Positions 1-8,794 of a stretch of 32,000 nucleotides of DNA are shown here, piece after piece. The stretch spans positions 1,710,001 to 1,742,000 of the forward strand of contig OW818675.1 in the NCBI GenBank assembly GCA_942493095.1, given 5' to 3'. The position numbers and the translations under genes are program-made. Below the pieces are notes generated by a model. It did no database searches. It was not told the origin of the DNA and saw only the letters and a list, made by a program, of their open reading frames with translations. Every line of letters begins with the position of its first letter. Position 1 is the first letter of the stretch. This DNA is from Candidatus Electronema halotolerans. GTDB lineage: Bacteria > Desulfobacterota > Desulfobulbia > Desulfobulbales > Desulfobulbaceae.

Positions 1-260
1 TACACCGGGCGGCAGGTCTGCGCTCCTTTCAGCCCAAGACCAATCTGCACACCTACAAAACATACGCCCATCTTCTCGGCATGGTGATCGTGCGGAGCTG
101 GAACCGGGCGGCGCGGGTGCAGCAGGCCATGATCCTGCGCGGCTTTGACGGAACTTTCCGCAGTTTGGACACCGCCATCCTGCACCGGAGCGATGTCATT
201 CTGACTGCTGGCCTGTCCTTTGCCGCCCTTGCCCTGACCGTGCTCGAACTGGCGCGGTAA
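1..260 (+). CDS. cbiQ: ECF-type cobalt/nickel transporter transmembrane (T) component, CbiQ-like; 3' end only, 5' end off-window
   Basis: Frame is open from the window edge to TAA at 258-260 (...MVIVRSWNRAARVQQAMILRGFDGTFRSL...LELAR*). This has the C-terminal R-x-A-x-x-AM-x-x-RGF signature typical of CbiQ/EcfT. A CbiO-type ATPase gene follows 32 nt downstream. Confidence 0.7.
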   Translation, partial: HRAAGLRSFQPKTNLHTYKTYAHLLGMVIVRSWNRAARVQQAMILRGFDGTFRSLDTAILHRSDVILTAGLSFAALALTVLELAR

Positions 261-292
261 GCTGATTTTCTTTCTTTCCTTTTACAACAAAG

Positions 293-1036
293 ATGACCGT
301 TGATTCAACTCCTCCTCTTGTCCAGCTTCAGCAGATTTCCTTTGCCTATCCGGGCCGCCGTCAGATTCTCGAGCAGGCGGATGTGACTTTGGATTACCGG
401 CAGCGCATTGGCCTGATCGGTCCCAACGGCAGCGGCAAGACCACCCTTCTGCATCTGCTCATGGGTCTGATCAATCCCACCGGCGGCAAGGTGCTCTTCA
501 AAGGCCGGGAGGTCAGCAGCAAGGAGGACTGGCGTGAGCTGCGCCGCAGCATCGGGCTGGTCTTTCAGGATGCGGATGACCAGCTTTTTTCTCCCACTGT
601 GCTCGAAGATGTCGCCTTTGGCCCGCTCAACCTTGGTCTGAGCCAAGAAGAAGCTCTGGATAAATCCCGCCAGACATTAGACAACTTGGGTCTGACCAGG
701 CTGACGGACCGAATCACGCATCAGCTTTCCGGCGGCGAGAAAAAGTTGGTCTCCTTGGCCACTGTGCTGTCCATGCAGCCGGAAGCCATGCTCTTAGATG
801 AGCCGACCAACAACTTGGACGGCACCATCCGCGCCCGCCTGATCAGCATTCTTAAAGGCTTGAAGATCGGCTACATGATTATTTCCCATGACTGGGATTT
901 CTTGGCTGAGACCTGCGATGAACTCTACACCTTGCGCGACGGCAAGGCACTGCGCAGCGGCACGGAATGTCTGCACTGCCATCCGCATGCGCACAGCGGC
1001 GGCGGCCTGCCGCATGAGCATCCGCAGCAGCAATGA
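293..1036 (+). CDS. cbiO: ECF/ABC transporter ATP-binding protein (CbiO-type) with an unusual His/Cys-rich C-terminal tail
   Basis: 247 aa ORF with Walker A GPNGSGKTT, ABC signature LSGGEKK, Walker B LLLDEP and H-loop ISHD. It lies directly after cbiQ. The tail reads TECLHCHPHAHSGGGLPHEHPQQQ. Confidence 0.9.
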   Translation: MTVDSTPPLVQLQQISFAYPGRRQILEQADVTLDYRQRIGLIGPNGSGKTTLLHLLMGLINPTGGKVLFKGREVSSKEDWRELRRSIGLVFQDADDQLFSPTVLEDVAFGPLNLGLSQEEALDKSRQTLDNLGLTRLTDRITHQLSGGEKKLVSLATVLSMQPEAMLLDEPTNNLDGTIRARLISILKGLKIGYMIISHDWDFLAETCDELYTLRDGKALRSGTECLHCHPHAHSGGGLPHEHPQQQ

Positions 1037-1248
1037 GCACTACGGAAGAAGGTTCCAGCCGGAAACGCCGCCGGAGAAGCGGCGGCAACCGCGTCTGTCA
1101 CTGCTGCAAGATGGAAGCGCCGTTTTGCCGGACCTGCCTCTGCGGCTTTGCCATCTGTCCGGCCTGCTTTGCGGAAAACACGTGGGGCATGAGCAACGGC
1201 CCAACGTGGATCTGCCCTGACTGCGAGCGGGTCCATCTGCTGGAGTAA
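1033..1248 (+). CDS. Hypothetical 71-aa protein with a basic N-terminus and Cys-rich, zinc-finger-like core
   Basis: Its ATG overlaps the cbiO stop (ATGA at 1033-1036). It has 10 Cys arranged as CxCC-x6-CxxCxC-x4-CxxC-x15-CxxC, after an N-terminal SSRKRRRRSGG stretch. No family recognised. Several other-frame ORFs overlap here, as expected in GC-rich DNA. Confidence 0.45.
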   Translation: MSTTEEGSSRKRRRRSGGNRVCHCCKMEAPFCRTCLCGFAICPACFAENTWGMSNGPTWICPDCERVHLLE

Positions 1249-1362
1249 TTTTTCCTGCCAATAACCCGCTTTCTACGCCCGCCACATCTTTCCTTGGGAA
1301 CGCCCGTTCCTGTTCTTGACAAGCAGCTCCTGTCTGGCTGATCAGCCACATAATGGAACTGT

Positions 1363-1707
1363 CTATTCAGCGGGCATCTTATCTTGAATCAGCGCAAGCT
1401 GGCTGTCCAAGCCGACCACCTGCTCCACGGGCAGGACAAAGGACATGCCAGTGCCGGGTTTGGCAAACTCGCCCGCCTGAGCAATGGCATCAAGAATGTC
1501 TTGGACAAAATGCTCCTCAATCAGCATCATGATGATGTCGCTGGGCGGCTCCAAGGTCAGGCTGAAAAAGGTTTTGGCCTCATGACAGCCTGTGCCCCTG
1601 CCGGACAGAATGGTGGCTCCAGTGGCTCCGGCAGCCTTGGCCGCCTCAACCACCTTGTCGGTGAGCGCAGGCTTGACCGTGGTGATGATGATCTTAAAGC
1701 GCATCAC
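1363..1707 (-). CDS. PII-like signalling protein (GlnB superfamily; divergent, shortened T-loop)
   Basis: 114 aa. MRFKIIITTVKP...VVEAAKAAGATGATILSGRGTG... matches the PII beta-alpha-beta fold pattern. Its start overlaps the stop of the upstream DUF1538 gene by 14 nt. Confidence 0.8.
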   Translation of the reverse strand: MMRFKIIITTVKPALTDKVVEAAKAAGATGATILSGRGTGCHEAKTFFSLTLEPPSDIIMMLIEEHFVQDILDAIAQAGEFAKPGTGMSFVLPVEQVVGLDSQLALIQDKMPAE

Positions 1708-2503
1708 TTTGTTTCTCCTTGTTGCGTTCTTTTCTCTTCTTCCATGCTGCCAGCCATTCGCTGATCATGGCATAGCCCAGCACGGTGATGATCGGGCAGA
1801 GGCAGGCAAAGGCGATCATGCCAAAGCCGTCCAAAGCCGGATTGCGGCCCGGCACTGCTCCGGCCAGGCCAAGGCCAAGGGCGGCGACCAAAGGCACGGT
1901 CACGGTTGAGGTGGAGACCCCGCCGGAGTCGTAGGCCAATGGGATGATATTTTTCGGGGCAAAGATGGTCAGCAGGGTGACGAGCAGATACCCGGCAAGT
2001 ATGTAGAGATGAAGCGGGGTGCCTGTGACAATGCGGAAGGCTCCGAGAGCAATGCCGCAGGCCACGCCTGTAGCCACTGTGATGCGCAGGCCGAGCTGGC
2101 TGATGGCTCCGCCGGAAACCTCATGAGCCTTGTGCGCCACTGCGATCAGCGACGGCTCGGCAATGGCTGTGGAAAAGCCGGTCAGGGCGGCGAACAGGTA
2201 AATCCAGCCGTAGTCTGTCCAATGCGCTGCTGCCGGGGCTGCTGCTGCCGAGCCATAGAGAAAGGCTGGATCAGCGAGCTGGACTGCCATAGTGGTGCCG
2301 AGCGGGAACAGGGCCTTTTCCAATCCGAGGAGAAACAGGGCCAAGCCGAGAATCACATAGACACAGCCGAGCAGCACCCGTTTGAGATGGGGCACTGGCT
2401 GGCGGAGGACAAAGAGCTGAAAGCAGGCGACTAAGAGGAGGATCGGGGCGACATCGCGCAGGGTTGCCAGCAGGATGGGCACAAAGGCGGCAGTAAGGTT
2501 CAT
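1694..2503 (-). CDS. DUF1538-family integral membrane protein (paralog 2)
   Basis: Polytopic membrane protein, paralogous to the adjacent gene (shared GLALF..GLE..LFP.G..MA and AYDSGGV[ST][13 protein letters not shown] motifs). Start set at ATG 2503 by alignment with the paralog; the listed ORF start at 2542 is a TTG. Confidence 0.8.
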   Translation of the reverse strand: MNLTAAFVPILLATLRDVAPILLLVACFQLFVLRQPVPHLKRVLLGCVYVILGLALFLLGLEKALFPLGTTMAVQLADPAFLYGSAAAAPAAAHWTDYGWIYLFAALTGFSTAIAEPSLIAVAHKAHEVSGGAISQLGLRITVATGVACGIALGAFRIVTGTPLHLYILAGYLLVTLLTIFAPKNIIPLAYDSGGVSTSTVTVPLVAALGLGLAGAVPGRNPALDGFGMIAFACLCPIITVLGYAMISEWLAAWKKRKERNKEKQSDAL

Positions 2504-2507
2504 CGCT

Positions 2508-3239
2508 TCAGCCAAAGAAAATGAGTCCGTAGCCCATGACAAAGATCATCGGCAGGAGCGAGGCAAAGGCGATGAGGCCGAAGCCGTCCACCATTGGATT
2601 GCGGCCCCGGATGATCGAGGCCAAGCCCACGCCAAGGGCGGCGACCAAGGGCACGGTGATGGTCGAAGTGGTCACGCCGCCGGAATCATAGGCAATGCCG
2701 ATGATCTCCTTGGGCGCGATCAGGGTCATGAGCATGACCAGAGCATAGCCGCCAATGATCAGGTAATGCACAGGCCAGCCCCGCAGGATGCGCAGCACCC
2801 CGATCAGAATGGCGGTGCCGACTGAGCAGGCCACAGACAGGCGCAGGCCCAAGGCGTACCGCTGCATGGCCTGTTCGCCTGCGGCCAGCAGCCCGGCCTG
2901 ACTGGCGGTTTCCGCCGCCTTGTCAGCAACCGCAATCAGGGCTGGTTCCGCCACGGTGGTGGAAAAACCCAAGGCAAAGGCGAAGAGCAGGAGCCAGAAC
3001 AGGCTGCCCTTGCGGGCCAAGGCTTCGGCCATGGTCTCGCCAATGGGAAAGAGGCCCATTTCCAAGCCTTGGACAAACAGGGCCAAGCCGATGACCACCA
3101 GCACTGCCCCGGTGAGCACTTCGGCCAGATCAGGAAGCGGCTGCTGGATGACGACAAGCTGAAAAAAGCTGATCACGGCAATGATCGGCAGCAGGTCGGC
3201 CAAGGCGGCCCAGAGCTTGTTACGAATGAGGCGGAGCAT
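2508..3239 (-). CDS. DUF1538-family integral membrane protein (paralog 1)
   Basis: 243 aa polytopic membrane protein with the same motifs as its neighbour. Its start overlaps the stop of the upstream gene by 20 nt. Confidence 0.8.
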   Translation of the reverse strand: MLRLIRNKLWAALADLLPIIAVISFFQLVVIQQPLPDLAEVLTGAVLVVIGLALFVQGLEMGLFPIGETMAEALARKGSLFWLLLFAFALGFSTTVAEPALIAVADKAAETASQAGLLAAGEQAMQRYALGLRLSVACSVGTAILIGVLRILRGWPVHYLIIGGYALVMLMTLIAPKEIIGIAYDSGGVTTSTITVPLVAALGVGLASIIRGRNPMVDGFGLIAFASLLPMIFVMGYGLIFFG

Positions 3240-4281
3240 GGTCTGCTGTCTGCTGGGCAGTCACAAAGCCCTTTTGACGAAGAAAGGTTTCCAACTTCTT
3301 GGCATATTCTTTAGTGGCCAGCGGACTGGGATGACCGTCATAAGGCAGATTCATATAGCGCGGATTTTTTCGGAAGCTGACCGAAATATCCACATTGGGT
3401 ATTCCGTGCTTGTCGGCAAAAGCCAGCATCTGCGGGTCAGTGCCAATGGTGGCAAGAATGAACTTCACCCCGTGCTGCTGGGCTAATCTGTTGATTTCCA
3501 GCACCAATGCCTCTGAGACCTTGCGGCTCTGGCGCAGCTTCTGCTCCAGCTCGTTCCACTTGATTTCCAAGAAGTGGGACAGGGCGGAATAGCGCATCAA
3601 GGGAAATTCCCTGTATTCAACCTTGGCAAGATGATACTGCAAATTTCCGTCGCTGTCCAGTCGGGCGTAAGGCTGAACCAGCGGGCCGAGCTTGTTCCAC
3701 GGGGCAATGGACTTGCGCCGCTTGCGGAGAAAGGTGTTCCGCTCATCATGGATGTCCGCATAGGCGAGCACGGCAATCTTGGGAGTCTTCTTTTTCAAGG
3801 CCTCGCGGAACTGAATCAGCGAATGAATGGTGCCGTAGCCGCTGAAGCCGAAGTTGACCACTTCGTAGTCTGGCAGGTGTTCCTGAAGCCGCCACGGATA
3901 GGTGTCCTCATCATTGAGGCTCCAGCCATGCGTGAACGAGCAGCCCAATATCCAGATTTCCGGCTTGTGCGCAGCAGGATTGTAGGTGTTGAGCGGATGG
4001 GTGATGCGCAGGCCATTGGGCAGATGGGTGACGTGGAAGCTGTAGTGTGTCTGGAGCAGGGTGACAGTGAACTGTCCGGGAATGGCGGCATAGCCAAGCA
4101 GCGGATCCTTGCGGAAGAATTTGCCGCCCGGCTCCACCCGCACCGGCGCATCCCGGACATGCCAGGGCTGCACGCCTTTCATGCGGGCAATGATCTCCCC
4201 GCCGCCCAGGAGGACAATGGTCAGGAAGAGCAGATAGGCTGCATAAAGAATGATTTTGTGCTTGAGAAGAAACGCTTTCAT
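3220..4281 (-). CDS. Membrane-anchored SGNH/GDSL-like hydrolase or acyl-esterase family protein (tentative)
   Basis: Start chosen at internal ATG 4281 ([27 protein letters not shown]..., N-terminal TM anchor, GGAG 8 nt upstream). Block-I-like [10 protein letters not shown], Gly block NFGFSGYGT and a C-terminal DGHPS (D-x-H) resemble SGNH blocks. Confidence 0.6.
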   Translation of the reverse strand: MKAFLLKHKIILYAAYLLFLTIVLLGGGEIIARMKGVQPWHVRDAPVRVEPGGKFFRKDPLLGYAAIPGQFTVTLLQTHYSFHVTHLPNGLRITHPLNTYNPAAHKPEIWILGCSFTHGWSLNDEDTYPWRLQEHLPDYEVVNFGFSGYGTIHSLIQFREALKKKTPKIAVLAYADIHDERNTFLRKRRKSIAPWNKLGPLVQPYARLDSDGNLQYHLAKVEYREFPLMRYSALSHFLEIKWNELEQKLRQSRKVSEALVLEINRLAQQHGVKFILATIGTDPQMLAFADKHGIPNVDISVSFRKNPRYMNLPYDGHPSPLATKEYAKKLETFLRQKGFVTAQQTADHAPPHS

Positions 4282-4327
4282 TGTTCTGCTCCTTGCTGGA
4301 CGCGGTTGTTGTGACCAGGCATTGATT

Positions 4328-6862
4328 TCATCGGCTGCCCGCCTCTCTTGCGCTCTTTTTGAGAATCCGCAGCCCGGCGGCGGCATCATTTTCCAAAGCC
4401 AGCACCTTGGCCAGCACCTCCCTCGGCCCGATGCCAGCCTCGGCATGAGGATGCAGCAACTCAAGCCGCAGCCTGCCCGCCTCCTCCAGCTTGAGCTTGC
4501 GGATAAACTTCTTCAGCTCAAAGGTCTGGGTTTTACCCTTGCGGCTGCGCTCCAGCAGCATGCTGGCCGCAACGTGGAAGGCGGCGATGCTGTCCGTCGC
4601 CTGATCTAAGTTCATACCCTCCGGCAGCAGGCAGTCATAACTGACAATCTCTGTCATCGGCACTTTCTTCTTGGCCGGAGCCAGCGATGTGACAGCCATG
4701 AAGCCGGGCAACTGGCGGTTCAGCTCGTCCATGACCTCGACCGGGCGGCGGATGGGTTCAGCCAAGTCCATCTCAAAGAACTCAATCTCGCTCTCCACGC
4801 CCACTGGCAAGGCCGGGCTGAACGAGACCTTGGGCGTGGGATGGAAGCCCTGCGAGAAAAGCACAGGCAGCCCGGCCCGTTGGAGAACGCGGAAGACAAG
4901 TTGCAGAATCTCCAGATGGCCAAGAAAGCGGCCATCACCAAGACGGTAATATTCGGCCCGATATCGGAACACCGCAGGCTGGCTCTGAGCTGGCCGCTCG
5001 ACCGTGCGCAGAGGACTGGCGGCAGTTTCATCCTGCTTGCTGTCAGGATTGAGCAGCGGCTTGATGGTCTTGAAATCGCAGAGGCCGCAGTTCTGGCAGC
5101 CATGCTTGCGGCAGTCCGGCGTGTAGGCGCGCTCCAGCGAGCGAGCGTATTCCTGCTCCAGAAAGCTGCGCTCCACGCCGCTGCGCAGGTGATCCCAGGG
5201 CAGGACTTCGCTCATCTCGCGTGGACGCAGGTAGGCTTGCAAATCAATGCCCAACCGCTCGGCGGCCTGCTGCCAGCGGGCGAGCGAAAAATGCTCATTC
5301 CAGCCGTCCAAGCGCGCTCCGTCCTGCCATGCCGCCTCAATCAGATAAGACAGTCTGCGGTCGCCCCGCGAGAACACGCCTTCCATGAACGATTGCTCCG
5401 GCTCGTGCCACTTGAGCTTGAAGCCCTTGCCCGGCAGCCGCTGCTTGAGCCGCTGAATGCGCTGCCGCGATTCCTCCAAGGAAATCTGGCCGCACCACTG
5501 GAAGGGCGTGTGCGGCTTGGGGACAAAGGTCGAAACCGAGACGTTGATGTCCGCCCGTCCTCCTTTGGCTTCCCGCCGCGCCCGCATGGCCAGCTCAACG
5601 ATTGCATCGACATCCTCCATTGTCTCAGTGGGCAGGCCGAGCATGAAGTAGAACTTGATCAGCTTCCAGCCCGCGCTGAAGGCATCGCGACAGCTTGCAA
5701 GCAAATCGTCTTCAGTGATGCCCTTGTTGATCACCTCGCGCAGGCGGTCAGTGCCTGCCTCCGGGGCGACCGTGAAGCCGGTCTTGCGCACCCGCCGAAT
5801 CTGGGCGATGACCTCTGGCGTAAGTGTGCCGACCCGCATTGAAGGCAGCGAGACTGCCACCCGTTCATCAGCAAAGCGGTCCATCAGCTTGGTCAGCAAA
5901 TCGGGCAGGCCGGAGAAGTCGCCGCTCGACAGCGAGAGCAGGGCCAGCTCGCCAAAGCCGGAACTGCTGATGCCCTGCTCGGCCAGGCGCATGATGTCGG
6001 CAATCGTGCGCTCACGCACCGGGCGGTAGATCATGCCAGCTTGGCAGAAGCGGCAGCCGCGTGTGCAGCCACGGGCAATCTCAATGCCAAGACGGTCATG
6101 CACTGGCTTGACTAATGGCACTAACGGACGTTCGAGCAGCTCCACTGGCGGCAGCTCCGGGACAATCCGGCGACGGACAAAGTCATAACCGGGCTTGAGC
6201 GGCAAGATGGCGGTCAGCCGCCCGTCCTCGTATTGAGGCTGAAACAAGGCAGGCACATAGACACCCGCAATCTCGGCCAGCCGATGCAGCTTTTCGCTGC
6301 GGGAGAGCTTGTCCGCCTTGGCCGAACGCAGGGCAGCGGCGATGTCGAGAATCACCTCCTCGCCGTCACCAAGGACAATGGCATCAAAGAAGTCTGCCAG
6401 CGGCTCTGGGTTGAGGGAGCAGGAACCGCCGCCAATTACTAAGGGCGCATCTTCGCCGCGCTTTGCCGCCCGCAGAGGAATCCCGGCCAGATCAAGAATG
6501 GTGAGGATATTGGTGAAGCACAGCTCATAAGGCAGAGTGATGCCGATGACATCAAAAGCTGCCAGAGGCCGCCTCGATTCGAGCGAGAAGAGTGGCAGCT
6601 GGTGACGCCGGAGCTGCGCTTCCATGTCCGTGTCCGGGGCATAGCAGCGTTCCGCAGCCAAGCCCGGCTGCTGGTTGATAATATGGTAGAGAATCTGCAA
6701 GCCTTGGTGCGACATGCCGATTTCATACAAGTCCGGGAAGACAAGGGCAAAGGCAAGATCAACTGCGGCATAATCAGGCCGGACGCTGTGCAGCTCACCG
6801 CCGATGTAGCGGCCCGGCTTGCGCACCAAGGGCAGGATGGAGTCTAAAGAGAGCGTGTTCAA
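4328..6862 (-). CDS. Radical SAM protein, a fusion of a B12-binding-like radical SAM domain and a radical-SAM-associated C-terminal domain (TIGR03960 + TIGR03936 / DUF2344 type)
   Basis: 844 aa. Radical SAM cluster motif GCTRGCRFCQAG. The N-terminus MNTLSLDSILPLVRKPGRYIGGE is typical of this family, and the C-terminal ~230 aa (FRYRAEYYRLGDGRFLGHLE...) resemble DUF2344. Confidence 0.9.
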   Translation of the reverse strand: MNTLSLDSILPLVRKPGRYIGGELHSVRPDYAAVDLAFALVFPDLYEIGMSHQGLQILYHIINQQPGLAAERCYAPDTDMEAQLRRHQLPLFSLESRRPLAAFDVIGITLPYELCFTNILTILDLAGIPLRAAKRGEDAPLVIGGGSCSLNPEPLADFFDAIVLGDGEEVILDIAAALRSAKADKLSRSEKLHRLAEIAGVYVPALFQPQYEDGRLTAILPLKPGYDFVRRRIVPELPPVELLERPLVPLVKPVHDRLGIEIARGCTRGCRFCQAGMIYRPVRERTIADIMRLAEQGISSSGFGELALLSLSSGDFSGLPDLLTKLMDRFADERVAVSLPSMRVGTLTPEVIAQIRRVRKTGFTVAPEAGTDRLREVINKGITEDDLLASCRDAFSAGWKLIKFYFMLGLPTETMEDVDAIVELAMRARREAKGGRADINVSVSTFVPKPHTPFQWCGQISLEESRQRIQRLKQRLPGKGFKLKWHEPEQSFMEGVFSRGDRRLSYLIEAAWQDGARLDGWNEHFSLARWQQAAERLGIDLQAYLRPREMSEVLPWDHLRSGVERSFLEQEYARSLERAYTPDCRKHGCQNCGLCDFKTIKPLLNPDSKQDETAASPLRTVERPAQSQPAVFRYRAEYYRLGDGRFLGHLEILQLVFRVLQRAGLPVLFSQGFHPTPKVSFSPALPVGVESEIEFFEMDLAEPIRRPVEVMDELNRQLPGFMAVTSLAPAKKKVPMTEIVSYDCLLPEGMNLDQATDSIAAFHVAASMLLERSRKGKTQTFELKKFIRKLKLEEAGRLRLELLHPHAEAGIGPREVLAKVLALENDAAAGLRILKKSAREAGSR

Positions 6863-7014
6863 GCTAACGTGTCAAGGCGGCTGAGGAATGGAGAGGCAGG
6901 CTGCGCTGTGCGGCCTGCTTGTTCAGGTTCAGGATGCGGCTGCCACCATAGCGGAAGATAGAGGGAAAAGGCAAGGAAAAGATAGGCAACTTGGAATCTC
7001 GGCAAACTGAAGCA

Positions 7015-8610
7015 TCATTTTTTGATAAACCGCTGCTTCAGCTTGCCGGTGATCTCTGCAAATTCCGGCAGGCGGAGCAGATGGAGCATGAGCGCGTGCA
7101 GCAGGGCGGCGGTGCTGATCAGCAGGGCCACTGCGGCAAGCTGAAAGAGAATTGCTCCGTCAAGCAGCGGGCGGAGGAGCAGCTTCATGGCAATCAATCC
7201 GACTGCCATGATCGCGCTGGCCAGAATGATCTTTGCCGTGCCTCTGCCGAGATAGCTGAGGGAAAACCCGGCCAGCTTCCGGTGCAGGATCAGGCCGAGA
7301 AAGAGGAAATTCAGCACCATTGAGCAGGAAGTGGAAAGGGCGATGGCCCGGAAGGAAAGCAGGTCAATGCTCAGGCTGATGAAGACGATGTTGACTGCCA
7401 CGGCAAGAAAGGAGCCGATCACCGGATATTTGGTGTTGTCGAGGGCATAGAAGACCGGCACCATGATTTTCACCGCTGAATAGGCGAACAGGCCGCAGGC
7501 ATAGCAGACCAAGGCTTGGGCGGTGCGGGCCGTGTCAGCAGGGGTGAAGGCTCCGTGCTCAAAGATCAGGCGGATGATCGGCTCGGCCAGCAGAATCAGG
7601 CCGACTGTTGCCGGGATGGTGAGGCTGAAGACCATGACCAAGGAGGAGGAGAAGGTCTGACGCAGGCCGGGCAAGTCCTTCCGGGCGGCATGACGGGCCA
7701 GCACTGGCATGGCGGCAATGGAGAAGGCCACGCCGAACACGCCGATGGGAAGCTGAACAAGGCGGAAGGCGTAATTGAGCCACGAGACTGAGCCTTCCAT
7801 GCAGGAAGAGGCAAAGTTGGTGTTGACAAAGATGTTGATCTGGGTGGCGGAAAGACCGATGGTGGCGGGCAGCATCAGGCGGAGGATGCGGCGCAGGCCG
7901 GGGTCGCGCAGATCAAGCTGGGGCATAAAACGGAAGCCGGTCTTGCGCAGCGCAGGCAGCTGAATCAGGAGCTGGAGCAGACCGCCGCTCAAGGTGCCCC
8001 ATGCCATGCCGACTATCGCCGGATAGCCAAATTTGGGCAGCAGCCAGGCCAAGCTCACGCCGCCGATGATTGAGCCAAGATTAAAGAAGGACGAGGACAT
8101 GGCCGGAATGAAGAACTTGCCCTTGCTGTTGAGCATGCCCATGACCACGGCTGCCAAGGCCACGAGGATGAGAAAGGGAAACATGATCCGGGTCATCATG
8201 GACGTGAGCGCAATTTTGCCTGTCACCTCGGCGAAATCCGGGGCCAAGAGGCGGACGATTGGCTCGGCCAGCAGGATGCCGACCAAGGTGAGCACACTGA
8301 GGAGAATGCTGATGAAGACTAAGACATTGGAGGCAAGCTGCCAGGTCGCCTCGCTGCCTTTGTTGGTGTCATAATCAGAAAAGACCGTGACAAAGGCGGC
8401 AGAAAGCGCGCCCTCGCCGAACAAGTCCCGGAGCAGGTTGGGAATGCGGAAGGCGACGACAAAGGCATCATAGGCGTATCCGGCTCCGAACAGCCCGGCA
8501 AATATCTGCTCCCGCACCAGCCCCAGCACCCGGCTGCACATCACCGCCGCGCTCACCGCCCCGGCAGAACGGGCAATCTTCCCTGTTGAACTGCTTGCTT
8601 TCTCTGACAT
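7015..8610 (-). CDS. murJ: Lipid II flippase MurJ (MviN)
   Basis: 531 aa polytopic protein. The N-terminus ...SRVLGLVREQIFAGLFGAGYAYDAFVVAFRIPNLLRDLFGEGALSAAFV is the hallmark MurJ motif. Confidence 0.9.
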   Translation of the reverse strand: MSEKASSSTGKIARSAGAVSAAVMCSRVLGLVREQIFAGLFGAGYAYDAFVVAFRIPNLLRDLFGEGALSAAFVTVFSDYDTNKGSEATWQLASNVLVFISILLSVLTLVGILLAEPIVRLLAPDFAEVTGKIALTSMMTRIMFPFLILVALAAVVMGMLNSKGKFFIPAMSSSFFNLGSIIGGVSLAWLLPKFGYPAIVGMAWGTLSGGLLQLLIQLPALRKTGFRFMPQLDLRDPGLRRILRLMLPATIGLSATQINIFVNTNFASSCMEGSVSWLNYAFRLVQLPIGVFGVAFSIAAMPVLARHAARKDLPGLRQTFSSSLVMVFSLTIPATVGLILLAEPIIRLIFEHGAFTPADTARTAQALVCYACGLFAYSAVKIMVPVFYALDNTKYPVIGSFLAVAVNIVFISLSIDLLSFRAIALSTSCSMVLNFLFLGLILHRKLAGFSLSYLGRGTAKIILASAIMAVGLIAMKLLLRPLLDGAILFQLAAVALLISTAALLHALMLHLLRLPEFAEITGKLKQRFIKK

Positions 8611-8794
8611 GATTTTGCGCCCTGCGCCAGGAACAATGGAATAGACGTGCTGCTTGCAATGGACAGATGCTTGTTACCATTCTCCAAGCAAAAGGGGAAG
8701 TTCTTTCCGCGCCCCCGGCTTTGCCCGCAAGTGTCCACGGATAAAACCAGTGGCTTTAGTTTGCGGGCCGCTCAATGCGGCATGTTGAAAAGAT

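Noticed and set aside
1297-1310. GGAAC-gccc-GTTCC hairpin followed by a T-rich stretch, as a possible terminator of the cbi operon
   Set aside because: It has only a 5-bp stem and a weak interrupted T tract, which is too marginal to call without energy calculation or 3'-end data.
888-1351. Multiple overlapping ORFs in other frames (888-1220 +, 925-1236 -, 1040-1351 -, 1098-1349 -)
   Set aside because: They are Arg/Ala/Pro-rich GC-driven shadow frames. Only 1033-1248 has start-stop coupling to cbiO and an ordered Cys pattern, and even that one is kept at modest confidence.
4282-4464. N-terminal 61-aa extension of ORF 3220-4464, overlapping the radical SAM gene's 3' end
   Set aside because: The internal ATG at 4281 has a GGAG SD and starts a typical N-terminal TM anchor. 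The extension is Arg/Trp/Pro-rich shadow sequence overlapping the upstream gene by 137 nt.
3574-5842. Long plus-strand ORFs 3574-4314 (246 aa) and 4841-5842 (333 aa)
   Set aside because: They are antisense to the SGNH-like and radical SAM genes. They are Arg/Ala/Leu/Gly-rich with no motifs, typical shadow ORFs of GC-rich DNA.
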